The notes under the pieces were generated by a model, which ran no database searches, was not told where the DNA came from, and saw only the letters and a program-made list of their open reading frames with translations. DNA of 64,000 nt from a virus, in IMG/VR virus record IMGVR_UViG_3300046171_000182, positions 32,001-96,000 of that record. One strand, 5' to 3'. This document shows positions 28,976-39,087 of this stretch, in pieces; the stretch's first letter is position 1, and every line of letters begins with the position of its first letter. A program made the position numbers and the translations under genes.

Positions 28976-30339
28976 ACACAAACATTGAACAGACTATATT
29001 GCGAAACCTTCTGGTGGATGATAAATTCATGCGGAAGGTTTTGCCTTTTATAAAGAATGAATATTTTGAAGGTGTCTATCGCCAACTGTTTAAACAAGTC
29101 GGACTATATGTTCAGAAATATAATAAACTACCAACACAAGAATCTTTTAAAATTGAATTAGATGATGCTGATAATTTTAACGATGAGCAATATCGCCATG
29201 CCGTAGAAATCCTACCTGAGATATTTAAGACAGAAGAAATTGATAATGAATGGCTGATTGACAAGACTGAGAAGTGGTGTCAAGATAGAGCATTACATAA
29301 TGCTGTAATGGAATCTATCAGTATTATAGATGGTAAACATCAAAGTCTTTCAAAGAATGCGTTACCAGAGATCCTCTCTGATGCTCTGGCAGTCAACTTT
29401 GACGCAAATATCGGTCATGACTATCTTGGTAACTTTAATGCTCGATATGAGTTTTATCATAAAGAGGAAGAACGTGTAGCATTTGATTTAGAATATTTTA
29501 ATAAAATTACAAAAGGCGGTTTGCCAAATAAGACTTTAAACATTTGCCTTGCCGGTACGGGTGTCGGTAAATCGTTGTTTATGTGTCACCAAGCTTCGGC
29601 TGCTCTTACAGATCAAAAGAATGTTCTTTACATTACAATGGAAATGGCAGAAGAACGTATCGCAGAGCGTATTGATGCCAACCTTCTTAATATTCCAATC
29701 GATCAACTAGATAAACTTTCAAGAGATATGTTCTCGCAGAAAGTATCTCAGCTTGCTAAACAAACAAACGGTCGATTAATTGTAAAAGAATATCCTACTG
29801 GCTCTGCACACTCTGGTCACTTCCGTGCATTACTTAACGAACTAAAACTAAAAAAGAAATTTGTGCCAGATATTATCTTCATTGATTATCTTAATATCTG
29901 TGCATCTTCACGTATGAAAGCAATGGGAGGATCAATCAATTCCTATACGTACATTAAAGCAATTGCTGAAGAGCTACGTGGTCTTGCGGTCGAGTTTGAC
30001 GTACCGGTCGTCTCTGCAACGCAAACGACTCGTAGTGGTTATTCTAACTCAGATATTGGGCTTGAAGATACGTCCGAGTCTTTTGGATTACCCGCAACCG
30101 CCGACTTAATGTTTGCACTTATCTCTTCTGAAGAGCTTGAGAAAGAAGGCAAGATTATGGTCAAGCAATTAAAGAATAGATATAACGATCCAACTTATAA
30201 AAAGAAATTTGTAGTAGGCGTCGATAGATCTAAGATGAGATTGTACGACGTTGATGAAACTAGTCAGACTCTTAGTGATGATACTCCGGTCTTTGATCGG
30301 GCAGAAATGAACAAGCGATTTGAGGACTTTAAACTTTGA
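28972..30339 (+). CDS. gp41: Replicative helicase gp41 (DnaB-like)
   Basis: AGTGVGKS, MEMAEE, IDYLNI, SESFGLP, KQLKNRY. Confidence 0.95.
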   Translation: MNTNIEQTILRNLLVDDKFMRKVLPFIKNEYFEGVYRQLFKQVGLYVQKYNKLPTQESFKIELDDADNFNDEQYRHAVEILPEIFKTEEIDNEWLIDKTEKWCQDRALHNAVMESISIIDGKHQSLSKNALPEILSDALAVNFDANIGHDYLGNFNARYEFYHKEEERVAFDLEYFNKITKGGLPNKTLNICLAGTGVGKSLFMCHQASAALTDQKNVLYITMEMAEERIAERIDANLLNIPIDQLDKLSRDMFSQKVSQLAKQTNGRLIVKEYPTGSAHSGHFRALLNELKLKKKFVPDIIFIDYLNICASSRMKAMGGSINSYTYIKAIAEELRGLAVEFDVPVVSATQTTRSGYSNSDIGLEDTSESFGLPATADLMFALISSEELEKEGKIMVKQLKNRYNDPTYKKKFVVGVDRSKMRLYDVDETSQTLSDDTPVFDRAEMNKRFEDFKL

Positions 30340-30989
30340 AGGTAAGATTAATTGGTTACACTCAACCACCAGAAGATATCGTCGGTCTCGACGATCTACA
30401 AGACATCGTCGCGTATTGTGCCCGTGTCTCCAACCCATCCAACCAAATCAACTCAGAGACATCGGGAAAACTCCTCGACTACCTCATCAAGCACAAACAC
30501 TGGTCACCGTTCGAAATGTGCTCGGCCACGCTCGAAGTCGAAACGACAAGAGATATTGCGAGACAGTTCCTCAGGCACAGGTCGTTTTCCTTTCAAGAGT
30601 TTAGCCAGCGTTATGCTGATATTCGTTCTTTTAATAATTCTTTTGTGATACGTGAGGCAAGACTTCAAGACGAAAAGAATCGGCAAAATAGCGTAGCTAA
30701 TACAGATAAGAAGCTTTCTATGGAATGGGACGCTAAACAAAATAAAGTAATAAAAGAAGCTAAAGCTGCTTATAATTGGGCAATAGAAAATGGAATCGCA
30801 AAAGAACAAGCAAGAGCAGTGTTGCCAGAAGGTAACACCGTTAGTAAGCTCTATGTTAATGGCACCATTCGTAGCTGGATACATTATATCGAGCTCCGTT
30901 CTGCAAATGGGACACAACTTGAACATATGGAATTGGCAAGAGAAGTCGGACAAACAATAGCAAAGATTTTTCCATATTTTGCAGAGTGA
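30336..30989 (+). CDS. thyX: Flavin-dependent thymidylate synthase ThyX
   Basis: HWSPFE and RHRSFSFQEFSQRY ThyX motif. Confidence 0.93.
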   Translation: MKVRLIGYTQPPEDIVGLDDLQDIVAYCARVSNPSNQINSETSGKLLDYLIKHKHWSPFEMCSATLEVETTRDIARQFLRHRSFSFQEFSQRYADIRSFNNSFVIREARLQDEKNRQNSVANTDKKLSMEWDAKQNKVIKEAKAAYNWAIENGIAKEQARAVLPEGNTVSKLYVNGTIRSWIHYIELRSANGTQLEHMELAREVGQTIAKIFPYFAE

Positions 30990-31027
30990 CAATTATGTTA
31001 CACATAACCGCTGAGACAAAATAACTG

Positions 31028-31056
31028 TGTACATTTGTTTTTTTATGTGGTAAGAT
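31028..31056 (+). promoter_or_regulatory. Early/middle-type promoter
   Basis: AACTG-TGTACA-N17-TAAGAT. Confidence 0.65.
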
Positions 31057-31084
31057 AGTATCATATAAAAAATGAGGCAGTACA

Positions 31085-31573
31085 ATGAAAAAGTTAATAT
31101 CAGCAGTATTAATCAATACCGTTATAGCAACATCAGTTGCGTACGCAGGTATTGACGTTGTTAAGAAGAAGCAACAAGCAGAGAACCTAGAATGTTTGGC
31201 TTTAAATATTTACTTTGAGACTTCAGCTCGCAGTTTAGCAGATTCTATGGCTGTAACAGATGTTGTTTTAAATAGAGTTGAGAGTACACGTTATCCGGAT
31301 AATATTTGTGACGTTGTACAGCAAGGATATAAAAAAGGTAGTCGCTATTGTCAGTTTAGCTGGTATTGTGACGGCAAATCAGACACACCTCATAATGATG
31401 AGGTATGGGAAAAGTCACGTAAGTTTGCACGTGATATGTTATTCATACGCCAGTTTCGTGGTATTACTGAAGGCGCAACACATTATCATGCGACGTATAG
31501 TAAACCATTCTGGTCAAAGAAACTTAACCGTATTGCTCGTATCGGAGCACACATTTTTTACTGGGAGAAGTAA
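31085..31573 (+). CDS. SleB-like cell wall hydrolase (Hydrolase_2)
   Basis: CLALNIYFE, VVLNRV, CQFSWYCDGK, GATHYHA, IGAHIFY. Confidence 0.88.
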   Translation: MKKLISAVLINTVIATSVAYAGIDVVKKKQQAENLECLALNIYFETSARSLADSMAVTDVVLNRVESTRYPDNICDVVQQGYKKGSRYCQFSWYCDGKSDTPHNDEVWEKSRKFARDMLFIRQFRGITEGATHYHATYSKPFWSKKLNRIARIGAHIFYWEK

Positions 31574-31962
31574 TGAAAGATATGACTATGGCAGCTGACA
31601 CTCTAACTATGAATAGCGGAATGGACGGAATGGATACTATTGTTACAATAGATGATATTACATTTGGTGAAACAACATTAAATCACGTTGATTATAAGTT
31701 CGGTGAGAATAAATACTTACGAGAGCTAAAGGAGTATATTGATTCAACTTATCAAGGACACTATGCTACAAATAAATTTCAGTCGACTGAAGTTATTATT
31801 GCTAGAGGTCATGGTACAGGTTTCTGTATGGGCAATGTTGATAAGTATGCTAATCGCTACGGTAAAAAAGGTACTAGGGAGGATGCACGTAAGGATCTTC
31901 TAAAAGTTATCCATTACGCATTATTACAATTACATGTACACGATAGTGAAGAGGAAGAATAG
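31573..31962 (+). CDS. DUF3310-like protein
   Basis: HY...GFCMGNVDKY..RYGKKG...DLLKVIHY. Confidence 0.65.
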   Translation: MKDMTMAADTLTMNSGMDGMDTIVTIDDITFGETTLNHVDYKFGENKYLRELKEYIDSTYQGHYATNKFQSTEVIIARGHGTGFCMGNVDKYANRYGKKGTREDARKDLLKVIHYALLQLHVHDSEEEE

Positions 31963-32068
31963 ATACGTAGCATATGACGATAAAGGTTATGTGATAATTA
32001 TATCACATAATCCACGTATAGTTAAGCATCAAGCCAAATTGGAGATGCAAAGAAGGGTAAATAACCCC

Positions 32069-32331
32069 ATAGATGATTGAGGATATACAGCACCCCGGGG
32101 CGGTACCGGGCGCCTCCACCACAACTACACTATGTCCGTGGCTCCTTGGCGGATTTGATCAATAACAGGAGTAGGTTGCAACCGTAGTGTAGTTTTGATG
32201 GGGGCGAAATAGGAATCGACTGGTATTTGAGTCTATAAATCACAAATGCAAACAATAATTTTGCACCTTCTAATTACGCCTTAGCGGCATAATTAAGGGG
32301 GCGGCCACTGCCTAGCAACAGAAGTGTGGCG
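32069..32331 (+). ncRNA. ssrA: Circularly permuted two-piece tmRNA (alphaproteobacterial type); outer ends approximate
   Basis: T-arm CCCGG-GGCGGTA-CCGGG and CGCCTCC-A-CCA end at 32121; intervening hairpin; GGGGGCG starts at 32200 (G3.U70 Ala identity); tag ORF 32248-32292 = ANNNFAPSNYALAA*. Confidence 0.92.
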
Positions 32332-32354
32332 TTTAACTAATCAAGGGGACAACT

Positions 32355-32588
32355 ATGGAAATCTTAAACAAAGTAAAAGCCTGGGCTGGAGGACTAGCTG
32401 AGGTTGGTCTTAGTTTAGCAGCTCTAGCGATTATACTTGAAATCTTAGGCCTACGTAATATGCCATTTATGCCAGCAAATATGAGCGTGGTTGACAATGT
32501 CACTGATATGGTATCAGCTATAGGATCTCAAGGTGTAATAGGTTTGATCGCTGTTTGGATTCTATATGAAATCTGGAATCGTAAATAA
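32355..32588 (+). CDS. Small two-TM membrane protein
   Basis: Hydrophobic ORF with RBS. Confidence 0.6.
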   Translation: MEILNKVKAWAGGLAEVGLSLAALAIILEILGLRNMPFMPANMSVVDNVTDMVSAIGSQGVIGLIAVWILYEIWNRK

Positions 32589-32600
32589 AAGGAACGAATA

Positions 32601-32966
32601 ATGAAATATGCTGCTTTAACAGCTGCTGCTCTACTAACAGCAACATCCATCCAAGCTGCCGAGATTGGTGCCACTGGCATTTCAATCGGTGCTTCTGCAA
32701 CATCTGAATATAACGTTGATGCAGAAAACATGACACTAGAAGTTACTCCTTCAATGGGCTATGAGCTCTGGGGAACAGATCTAAGTGTATCTACTGATCT
32801 CATGATTTACAACGATGAGTTTGTATTCATGGACGTTAATCCAACAATTGATTTCAAAGTTGGATACGGCATTTGGGATAATGCAGAAGTCTATGTAGAG
32901 ACTGGTTATGATTTAGAAACGGAAGATATGTCAGACGTTGTAGTCGGCGGAACTTTCTCATTCTAA
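32601..32966 (+). CDS. Exported beta-strand-rich outer-membrane-like protein
   Basis: Signal peptide; alternating strand pattern; C-terminal GGTFSF. Confidence 0.6.
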   Translation: MKYAALTAAALLTATSIQAAEIGATGISIGASATSEYNVDAENMTLEVTPSMGYELWGTDLSVSTDLMIYNDEFVFMDVNPTIDFKVGYGIWDNAEVYVETGYDLETEDMSDVVVGGTFSF

Positions 32967-32974
32967 TATAAATA
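32967..32974 (+). promoter_or_regulatory. Late promoter TATAAATA
   Basis: Exact consensus, intergenic. Confidence 0.65.
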
Positions 32975-32998
32975 GTGTCACGACTTAAATAGTGCGCA

Positions 32999-33025
32999 GG
33001 GGGCCATGGTTAGCCCCCATTTTTT
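32999..33025 (+). terminator. Intrinsic terminator
   Basis: GGGGGC-loop-GCCCCC followed by ATTTTTT. Confidence 0.75.
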
Positions 33026-33041
33026 ATGGATATATAGTATT

Positions 33042-33684
33042 ATGGAATTAGTTTACGCAATAATATTAGGTATACTTTGGAGTCAAGTGATTTCTCACTG
33101 GGGCGCTAGCATACTTTTACACAGATACTATTGTCATAATCAATTTAAAGTGCCGATATGGTTTGAAACTATTGGTTTAGCCATGCTAATGATTGCGTGT
33201 ATCAGAACACCAATCGGTTGGATTGCATCACACAGAATGCATCATCAACATTCAGATACAGAAGACGATCCTCATGCCGCAGAGCATGTAGGTTATTGGA
33301 AAGTATTGTTTACTACATGGGATATTCCTAATATACCATCTAAATACGCTAGAGATCTATATAAAAATCCTAGATTAGTTTTTTGCCATAAACATTGGCT
33401 GAAAAATATTAATCGTTGTTAATGTCATTAGTTTTATTATTAGTCCTTATTTCTGGATAGCATTTTGCGCAGTACCGTTTGTATTTGCAAAGATAGGATT
33501 CGGATTGCTAAATACTGTAGGACATAAAGAAGAAGGTGGAGCAAACGTTCCTTGGTTAAATTTTTTTATAGCAGGCGAAGGTTATCATAAAAATCACCAT
33601 GATAATTGGAAAAGAGTAAGGCTGCATAAATACGATACCGCTGGATGGATTGCTGAAAAATTATTTAAAAATGAAAAAGCATGA
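33042..33684 (+). CDS. Fatty acid desaturase (delta-9-like), frameshifted at the A-run near 33402
   Basis: His boxes HRYYCH and HRMHH; GEGYHKNHH in the shifted frame. Confidence 0.82.
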
Positions 33685-34292
33685 ATTACCCACAATAGCA
33701 AACTTTAATCTAAATATTGATTTAAAAGATTTGCAACTACGAAGCGCATAAGCTTTACGAAAAATTTACCGATGTACGAACTGCTAATCCAATGTTATGT
33801 GACAATCACATGGAATTAGTTAAGAACGTATACGATAACTTTGAACAGATTAATCTAACGGAGCCAAGCGAAATACTTCCATATACGGAAAGTATTAAAG
33901 AACGGCTTAAGCGTAGGGAAGAGCATTTATATAATGTTCCAACTGAAGATTATACTAATAGTTATTTTGAAAAGATTGTCACACAACTTAAATCGCCAGC
34001 CAGTAGAGTTCGAATAACCAAATTGGCACCAGGCAAAACAATTCCGTTCCATGTTGATTATGATGTATCGTATGCGGTAAGATGCATATGTCCAATCTAT
34101 GGTGGTAAGAATGTTATAAATCTCTTTAGAAGAGACGGTAAACTTGAAGCATATAATTTAGAAGACGGAAATGCATACTTTCTGAATATAGGTTACCCTC
34201 ATGCAGTTGTGAACATGAGTGATGCACCTAGGATTGCATTGATGTTTAGTTTGGATGGAACAGATGACCTTACAGATCTCAGATTACGCTGA
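33671..34292 (+). CDS. Asp/Asn beta-hydroxylase-like 2OG-Fe(II) oxygenase (5' part probably frameshifted; intact frame from 33792)
   Basis: RVRITKLAPG..IPFHVD...HAVVN....RIAL. Confidence 0.72.
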
Positions 34293-35049
34293 TGGACAAT
34301 TAAGACAACTTTGCACAGATGTTCAGTTTTATGGCTGGCAAATAATGCATGAGCAAGATCTTAACGAAAGCCAACTAGCAGATTTATTTAAACGAATAGG
34401 AGACTGTGAAACTCCTGATCTGTTTATGAATCATAAAGAAAATCCAGAAATATTTAACGTCTCAGGTGAACGTGATAGTGCCGGCAAGAAGATTGGAATG
34501 TTTGGGGATGGAGAGCTGGGTTGGCATTCTAATGGAAACAGTAGACACCTTATTGATAAAATTCTAATCGGATTATATTGTGTTAAAGGTGACGTCAACA
34601 CTACGTTAAGTGTTTGTAATACATCAAAGCCATTTTTAGATATGTCTGAAGATGAACAAGAGTATTATCGTAGCATAAAAATTAAGTTAAAATTTAAAAA
34701 TCATACCATGTATAGTTTAGACGAAGATGATCCTGAGCTTGAGTTCATGAGTAAGAACAAAGGTAGTATTAGGCCATTAGTTGGCCAGCATCCACATACT
34801 AACGCCGATTATTTTTACTTTCCATACCATTTTATTTGTGGAGCATGGGAAGGTAAGAAGAAAGTAGATCACGAACCAATCATTGAAAAACTTATGCCAA
34901 AAATATTTAAAAGTAAGTATATGATCCATCATATATTTCAAGAAGGTGATTTGTTATTAATGGATCAATTCACTTCCTTACATAGAAGAACACCAGTAAT
35001 GGGACCTAGATTATTATGGAGAGTAGCGAGTGATTACTCAAAAGTTTAG
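34255..35049 (+). CDS. TauD/TfdA-like dioxygenase
   Basis: GWHSNG, PLV..HP, GDLLLMDQ...LHRR, RLLWR. Confidence 0.75.
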   Translation: MEQMTLQISDYADGQLRQLCTDVQFYGWQIMHEQDLNESQLADLFKRIGDCETPDLFMNHKENPEIFNVSGERDSAGKKIGMFGDGELGWHSNGNSRHLIDKILIGLYCVKGDVNTTLSVCNTSKPFLDMSEDEQEYYRSIKIKLKFKNHTMYSLDEDDPELEFMSKNKGSIRPLVGQHPHTNADYFYFPYHFICGAWEGKKKVDHEPIIEKLMPKIFKSKYMIHHIFQEGDLLLMDQFTSLHRRTPVMGPRLLWRVASDYSKV

Positions 35050-35929
35050 AAACTATCCTTACGTAGATGTTCCATATCATTCTAAAGTAGCAAAACTATT
35101 TAATAGCCAAAAAGTATCAGATACCTATTTTTCTAGAGGTAAAGGTCAAGCGCTTGCACTCTTAAAAGAAACGGAAACAATTCATAGAGAATGGGTTAGC
35201 TCTATGATTGATTTATCAGACTTTCCATATTGTTATGCCACCCATGGTACTACCGATGCAATACATCATTGGGTTATGACAGAAAACCGTGGTTCACAAG
35301 TTATGTGCTATGGAGAATATGAATATTCAAGTATGATTGGATTATCTCGCACAGTTACATGCGATGTACCAGGACAGTACATGGAGAATGGCAGATCGGC
35401 TATACCTGGTATTGCATTGCCTGACGTGCCATTGTTTGTATCAATTCCCTCTGCGGCTGATGGGAATATATTTGATCCTGGCTTTGAGAATTGGAAAGTA
35501 AAACCACCGGTCATATTAGACTGCACGTACGTAGGTTCTACTAAGATTGAAAAAATAAACGTACCATCTACAACAGAACAAGTGTTTTTTAGTTTCTCTA
35601 AGGGCTTTGGCGCAATAGGTCAACGCTTAGGTTTGGTATACACTAAAAAGCCACATGCTAGTTTACATAGATTAAAAAAATATGAGAACTGGAACTATGG
35701 ATCTGTTATGACAATGAAATTGCTTATGGAGACATTTACAGTAGATGAAATGTGGAATACATATAGTGGTAGACAGCTAGAAATTTGTAAAGAATATGGG
35801 TTTAAGCCGTCGAGTGTTTACTATCTAGCTACTACAAAAGATGAATATTATAAAAAAAGACGAAGAATGAAATGGAATGATGATGCAAGAATATGTCTAA
35901 CGCCGTTGTTTGAAGAGAGAATAAGATGA
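35030..35929 (+). CDS. PLP-dependent aminotransferase-like (fold type I) protein
   Basis: GTTDAI, LDCTY, FSFSKGF...RLG. Confidence 0.68.
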   Translation: MITQKFRNYPYVDVPYHSKVAKLFNSQKVSDTYFSRGKGQALALLKETETIHREWVSSMIDLSDFPYCYATHGTTDAIHHWVMTENRGSQVMCYGEYEYSSMIGLSRTVTCDVPGQYMENGRSAIPGIALPDVPLFVSIPSAADGNIFDPGFENWKVKPPVILDCTYVGSTKIEKINVPSTTEQVFFSFSKGFGAIGQRLGLVYTKKPHASLHRLKKYENWNYGSVMTMKLLMETFTVDEMWNTYSGRQLEICKEYGFKPSSVYYLATTKDEYYKKRRRMKWNDDARICLTPLFEERIR

Positions 35930-36804
35930 AACAAATATTAGATTACACACATGAAGATTTTGCAGAGCTTGTAACTAAAATAGTTGATAAGGGTTCAGCT
36001 GTACTTTATGATCAGAAGTTAACCCGCCAAGAACTAGCAGCGGTTTGTGCTAAAATGGGTAAAGTCGAAGAACTAGATTATTTTATGAATCCAAAAGATA
36101 GTCCTCAGATTAGCATTGTATCCGGTAAAGTAATTGATGGTAAAGCTATAGGAATGTTTGGACCTACTGAACTTGAATGGCATGCAAACGGTACTGGTCG
36201 ATATGACTTTGATGAGGTTTGCGTAGGATTGTATTGTCAAACAGAATGCATTGATACAGTACTATCTCTCGTAGATCAGCGAGCAAGCTTTGCAGAATTA
36301 TCTGAAGAAGATAAAGAATATTTTCGCAGCATTGATATTAATTTAAATAATTCTGGACCTCGTGCAAGAATCTGGCGAGATGACGGCGTATATTCAAAGG
36401 CTTATAAAAGTCAAGGCGAGGCAAGCTTTCGTATAGGGCAAGAACATTACAAAGAAACTATTGATAGACGTCCATTAGTAGCAAAACATCCTGTAGATGG
36501 AACAGAATACTTTTATCCTATGTTTATCTATTTGTATAAAGCATGGGTGAATGATGTAGAAATGACACAAGAAGAATTTGACAAGTTTTTTGACAGGCTA
36601 AATAGTATTGTTACTCGCTCAAAATATATGGTTCATCATGTATTTAGGGAAGGCGACTTATTGTTCATGGATCAGTTAATTACAAGTCATCGTAGAAGTG
36701 CTGTTAAAAATAAAGACAGACAGCTTTGGAGAACAGCTTTTGATTATAGTGTTGCAGTTAAAGATTATACACCGGTAAGATTTGATGAATCAAAACGCGA
36801 TTGA
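35926..36804 (+). CDS. TauD/TfdA-like dioxygenase (paralog of 34255)
   Basis: GMFG..ELEWHANG, PLVAKHP, GDLLFMDQ...SHRR, RQLWR. Confidence 0.75.
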   Translation: MKQILDYTHEDFAELVTKIVDKGSAVLYDQKLTRQELAAVCAKMGKVEELDYFMNPKDSPQISIVSGKVIDGKAIGMFGPTELEWHANGTGRYDFDEVCVGLYCQTECIDTVLSLVDQRASFAELSEEDKEYFRSIDINLNNSGPRARIWRDDGVYSKAYKSQGEASFRIGQEHYKETIDRRPLVAKHPVDGTEYFYPMFIYLYKAWVNDVEMTQEEFDKFFDRLNSIVTRSKYMVHHVFREGDLLFMDQLITSHRRSAVKNKDRQLWRTAFDYSVAVKDYTPVRFDESKRD

Positions 36805-37459
36805 TGTTCCCTGGCCTAAAATACATAAGTTAGATAATTTAGTAAAGGATAGTACTGAAAAGGTTAATGTTCCTTTACAAGAAAATTATTCTATGGAGGA
36901 CATGTGGTATTTAGATACGCCTGAAGCATATCCTTTATTTGAAAAACAGGCTAGAATAATCACAGAACGCAAATACAAAAACATCTTAGATGTCGGTTGT
37001 AGACATGGTCCAGTAAATAAAATACTACATGAAGACTTTGATTATATTAATTATTCTTATTTCGGTTTTGATACTTCAGAAGAACCCATTGAACTCGCAA
37101 ATGAAACATGGAAATATTATGAGCATATAAAATACGAATGTGCTAGTTGGGAAAATAATATAGATGTAGGATTTACTCCAGACGTTATTATATTCAGCGG
37201 AGTGCTATTATATATTAAGGATGATAGTGATCGCTCTAATTTCTTTGATGAGATTATGTTAAAAAACAACTGCGTCAATGCCATAATTCAAGAACCATAT
37301 CATGAACAAAGATATTGGGATGATAGACTTATTCTAAACACAATAACAAATGGCGGATTAGATTTTCTCAACGAGGAGTATAATGTAGATAAACATTACT
37401 TAGACCTTCCTGTATTTGCTGGAAAGAGAATGATATACGATGTCACTTATAAGTCTTAG
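36782..37459 (+). CDS. Class I SAM-dependent methyltransferase
   Basis: ILDVGCRHG, GFD, DVIIFSGVLLY. Confidence 0.78.
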   Translation: MMNQNAIDVPWPKIHKLDNLVKDSTEKVNVPLQENYSMEDMWYLDTPEAYPLFEKQARIITERKYKNILDVGCRHGPVNKILHEDFDYINYSYFGFDTSEEPIELANETWKYYEHIKYECASWENNIDVGFTPDVIIFSGVLLYIKDDSDRSNFFDEIMLKNNCVNAIIQEPYHEQRYWDDRLILNTITNGGLDFLNEEYNVDKHYLDLPVFAGKRMIYDVTYKS

Positions 37460-38033
37460 TACCAGCTCATCGGAAAATGCTTTAAACTATAGAGGATTGT
37501 TAGTTTTAAATGAGCTAGTAGATTTAGGAACTATAGATGGACTACACAATTATAATCTCCCAGTAATTAATGTAAATGGCATAGACGAGAAAATACCTGA
37601 CGAAGTAAATAGACTTATAGATTATATGCATACCTTTGATCAGTTTATATTCACAGTACCAGAATTTACCGGTATGATGAGCGCGTCTACAAAAAATTTA
37701 TTAGATTGGTTAGTGGTTGCAACTAATATGAATTTAGATCATGGCAAAGGTTATCCGTTTAGTGATAAGCATACAATGATATTTACTTTTACTCCAAGTG
37801 GTTCAGAAGGTGGCGGTAGACACATGCCACAAACCAAAGATATATTTAAGAAGTTAGGCGCTAACGTAATTCATACAGAAGTGTTTAATTACGGATGGGA
37901 AACGGTAGTTCCTGGAAATACTGAACCGTTTAAAGATGCTGCTGATAGAATAAATAATTATTTAAACTATAAACCAGATCAATCACAGGCTTTTAAACAA
38001 AAATATAATGAATGGAATGATAAGTGGAATTAA
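37440..38033 (+). CDS. NAD(P)H-dependent FMN reductase (flavodoxin-like)
   Basis: VPEFTG..SASTKNLLDWL. Confidence 0.78.
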   Translation: MSLISLSTSSSENALNYRGLLVLNELVDLGTIDGLHNYNLPVINVNGIDEKIPDEVNRLIDYMHTFDQFIFTVPEFTGMMSASTKNLLDWLVVATNMNLDHGKGYPFSDKHTMIFTFTPSGSEGGGRHMPQTKDIFKKLGANVIHTEVFNYGWETVVPGNTEPFKDAADRINNYLNYKPDQSQAFKQKYNEWNDKWN

Positions 38034-38425
38034 ATAACAAAGGGCTTTACATATTAAAAAATGGTGATTATGTGCCATATAATATACCACAAGATAAAGT
38101 AATACTATGCGGAGTACCAGGAGCATTTACACCAGGATGTAATAAACACCTACCAGGCTTTGCAAATAATTTAGATAAATTAGACGCTAAGGTAGTATTT
38201 GTTGCGGTAAACGATCCGAGCGTTATGCACGAATGGAATGTGTTATTTGGTCATCCTGATATTGATGCTGTAGCAGATCCGCTGGCAGTGTTTACTAAAA
38301 ATATTAATAAAGATATTGACTTCGGAGACTATATGGGCATTAGATGCAAAAGATATGCTATGCTTATACAAGATGGAGTATTTGTAAAAGAATACGAAAA
38401 CCCGTTTATTGAAGGTGTACTATGA
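38024..38425 (+). CDS. Peroxiredoxin (Prx5-type)
   Basis: PGAFTPGC..HLPGF, AVND, RCKRYA. Confidence 0.88.
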   Translation: MELNNKGLYILKNGDYVPYNIPQDKVILCGVPGAFTPGCNKHLPGFANNLDKLDAKVVFVAVNDPSVMHEWNVLFGHPDIDAVADPLAVFTKNINKDIDFGDYMGIRCKRYAMLIQDGVFVKEYENPFIEGVL

Positions 38426-39087
38426 TACCAGGAATTGCAGAGTACGTAGACGTTAATCCACAACACGAATTATTACTTAGTTTGTATGATAAAGTAAGGG
38501 GCGTACGTGCAGGAGAAGATTTTAATACATTTGGCAAAACTCCGTTCGAAAGTTATTCATTAGAGTATAGTATGACTGGTAAAGATACTGGATACGAACA
38601 AGTTTACGATCCAATATTATCTCTTCATAGAAAAGTGCATCCACATTATCAGTTTAGATCAACTGGATTTAACACTGCAGATAGTACAGAGAAAGATGTA
38701 TTCCCTCATACAGACATAGATCAGAACAGAGAACACAGTCAAGGGTATAATATTATCTACCCCGTACTTGGTGCAAGCCGCTTGGATTATTATGAAACAT
38801 TAGAAGATGAAATATGTTTACCTGAAAAGAACGCTCAAGGATATTATTACTATCACGAATTTAAAGCTCAAGCAGAGATGGGACAGGGTACACCTGAGTT
38901 TGAAAAATTCTTAGCTGACCGTAAGATAGGTGAAATTATTATCGACAAACCATGTCTTATTGACACCGAGACAATGCATAGGGTTGTTATCACTGAAGCA
39001 CCTAGATGCGCATTTGTAACAAGATGGAATAATATACCTCCTATTGATTTTCATTCTTTTAAAGAAAGAGTTGAATCGATATTATGA
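38422..39087 (+). CDS. Cupin/2OG-oxygenase-like hypothetical protein
   Basis: PHTD...MHRV...PR pattern. Confidence 0.5.
   Translation: MIPGIAEYVDVNPQHELLLSLYDKVRGVRAGEDFNTFGKTPFESYSLEYSMTGKDTGYEQVYDPILSLHRKVHPHYQFRSTGFNTADSTEKDVFPHTDIDQNREHSQGYNIIYPVLGASRLDYYETLEDEICLPEKNAQGYYYYHEFKAQAEMGQGTPEFEKFLADRKIGEIIIDKPCLIDTETMHRVVITEAPRCAFVTRWNNIPPIDFHSFKERVESIL

Noticed and set aside
33400-33410. Programmed ribosomal frameshift in the desaturase
   Set aside because: A simple extra A in a homopolymer explains it, and similar indels occur in unrelated genes.
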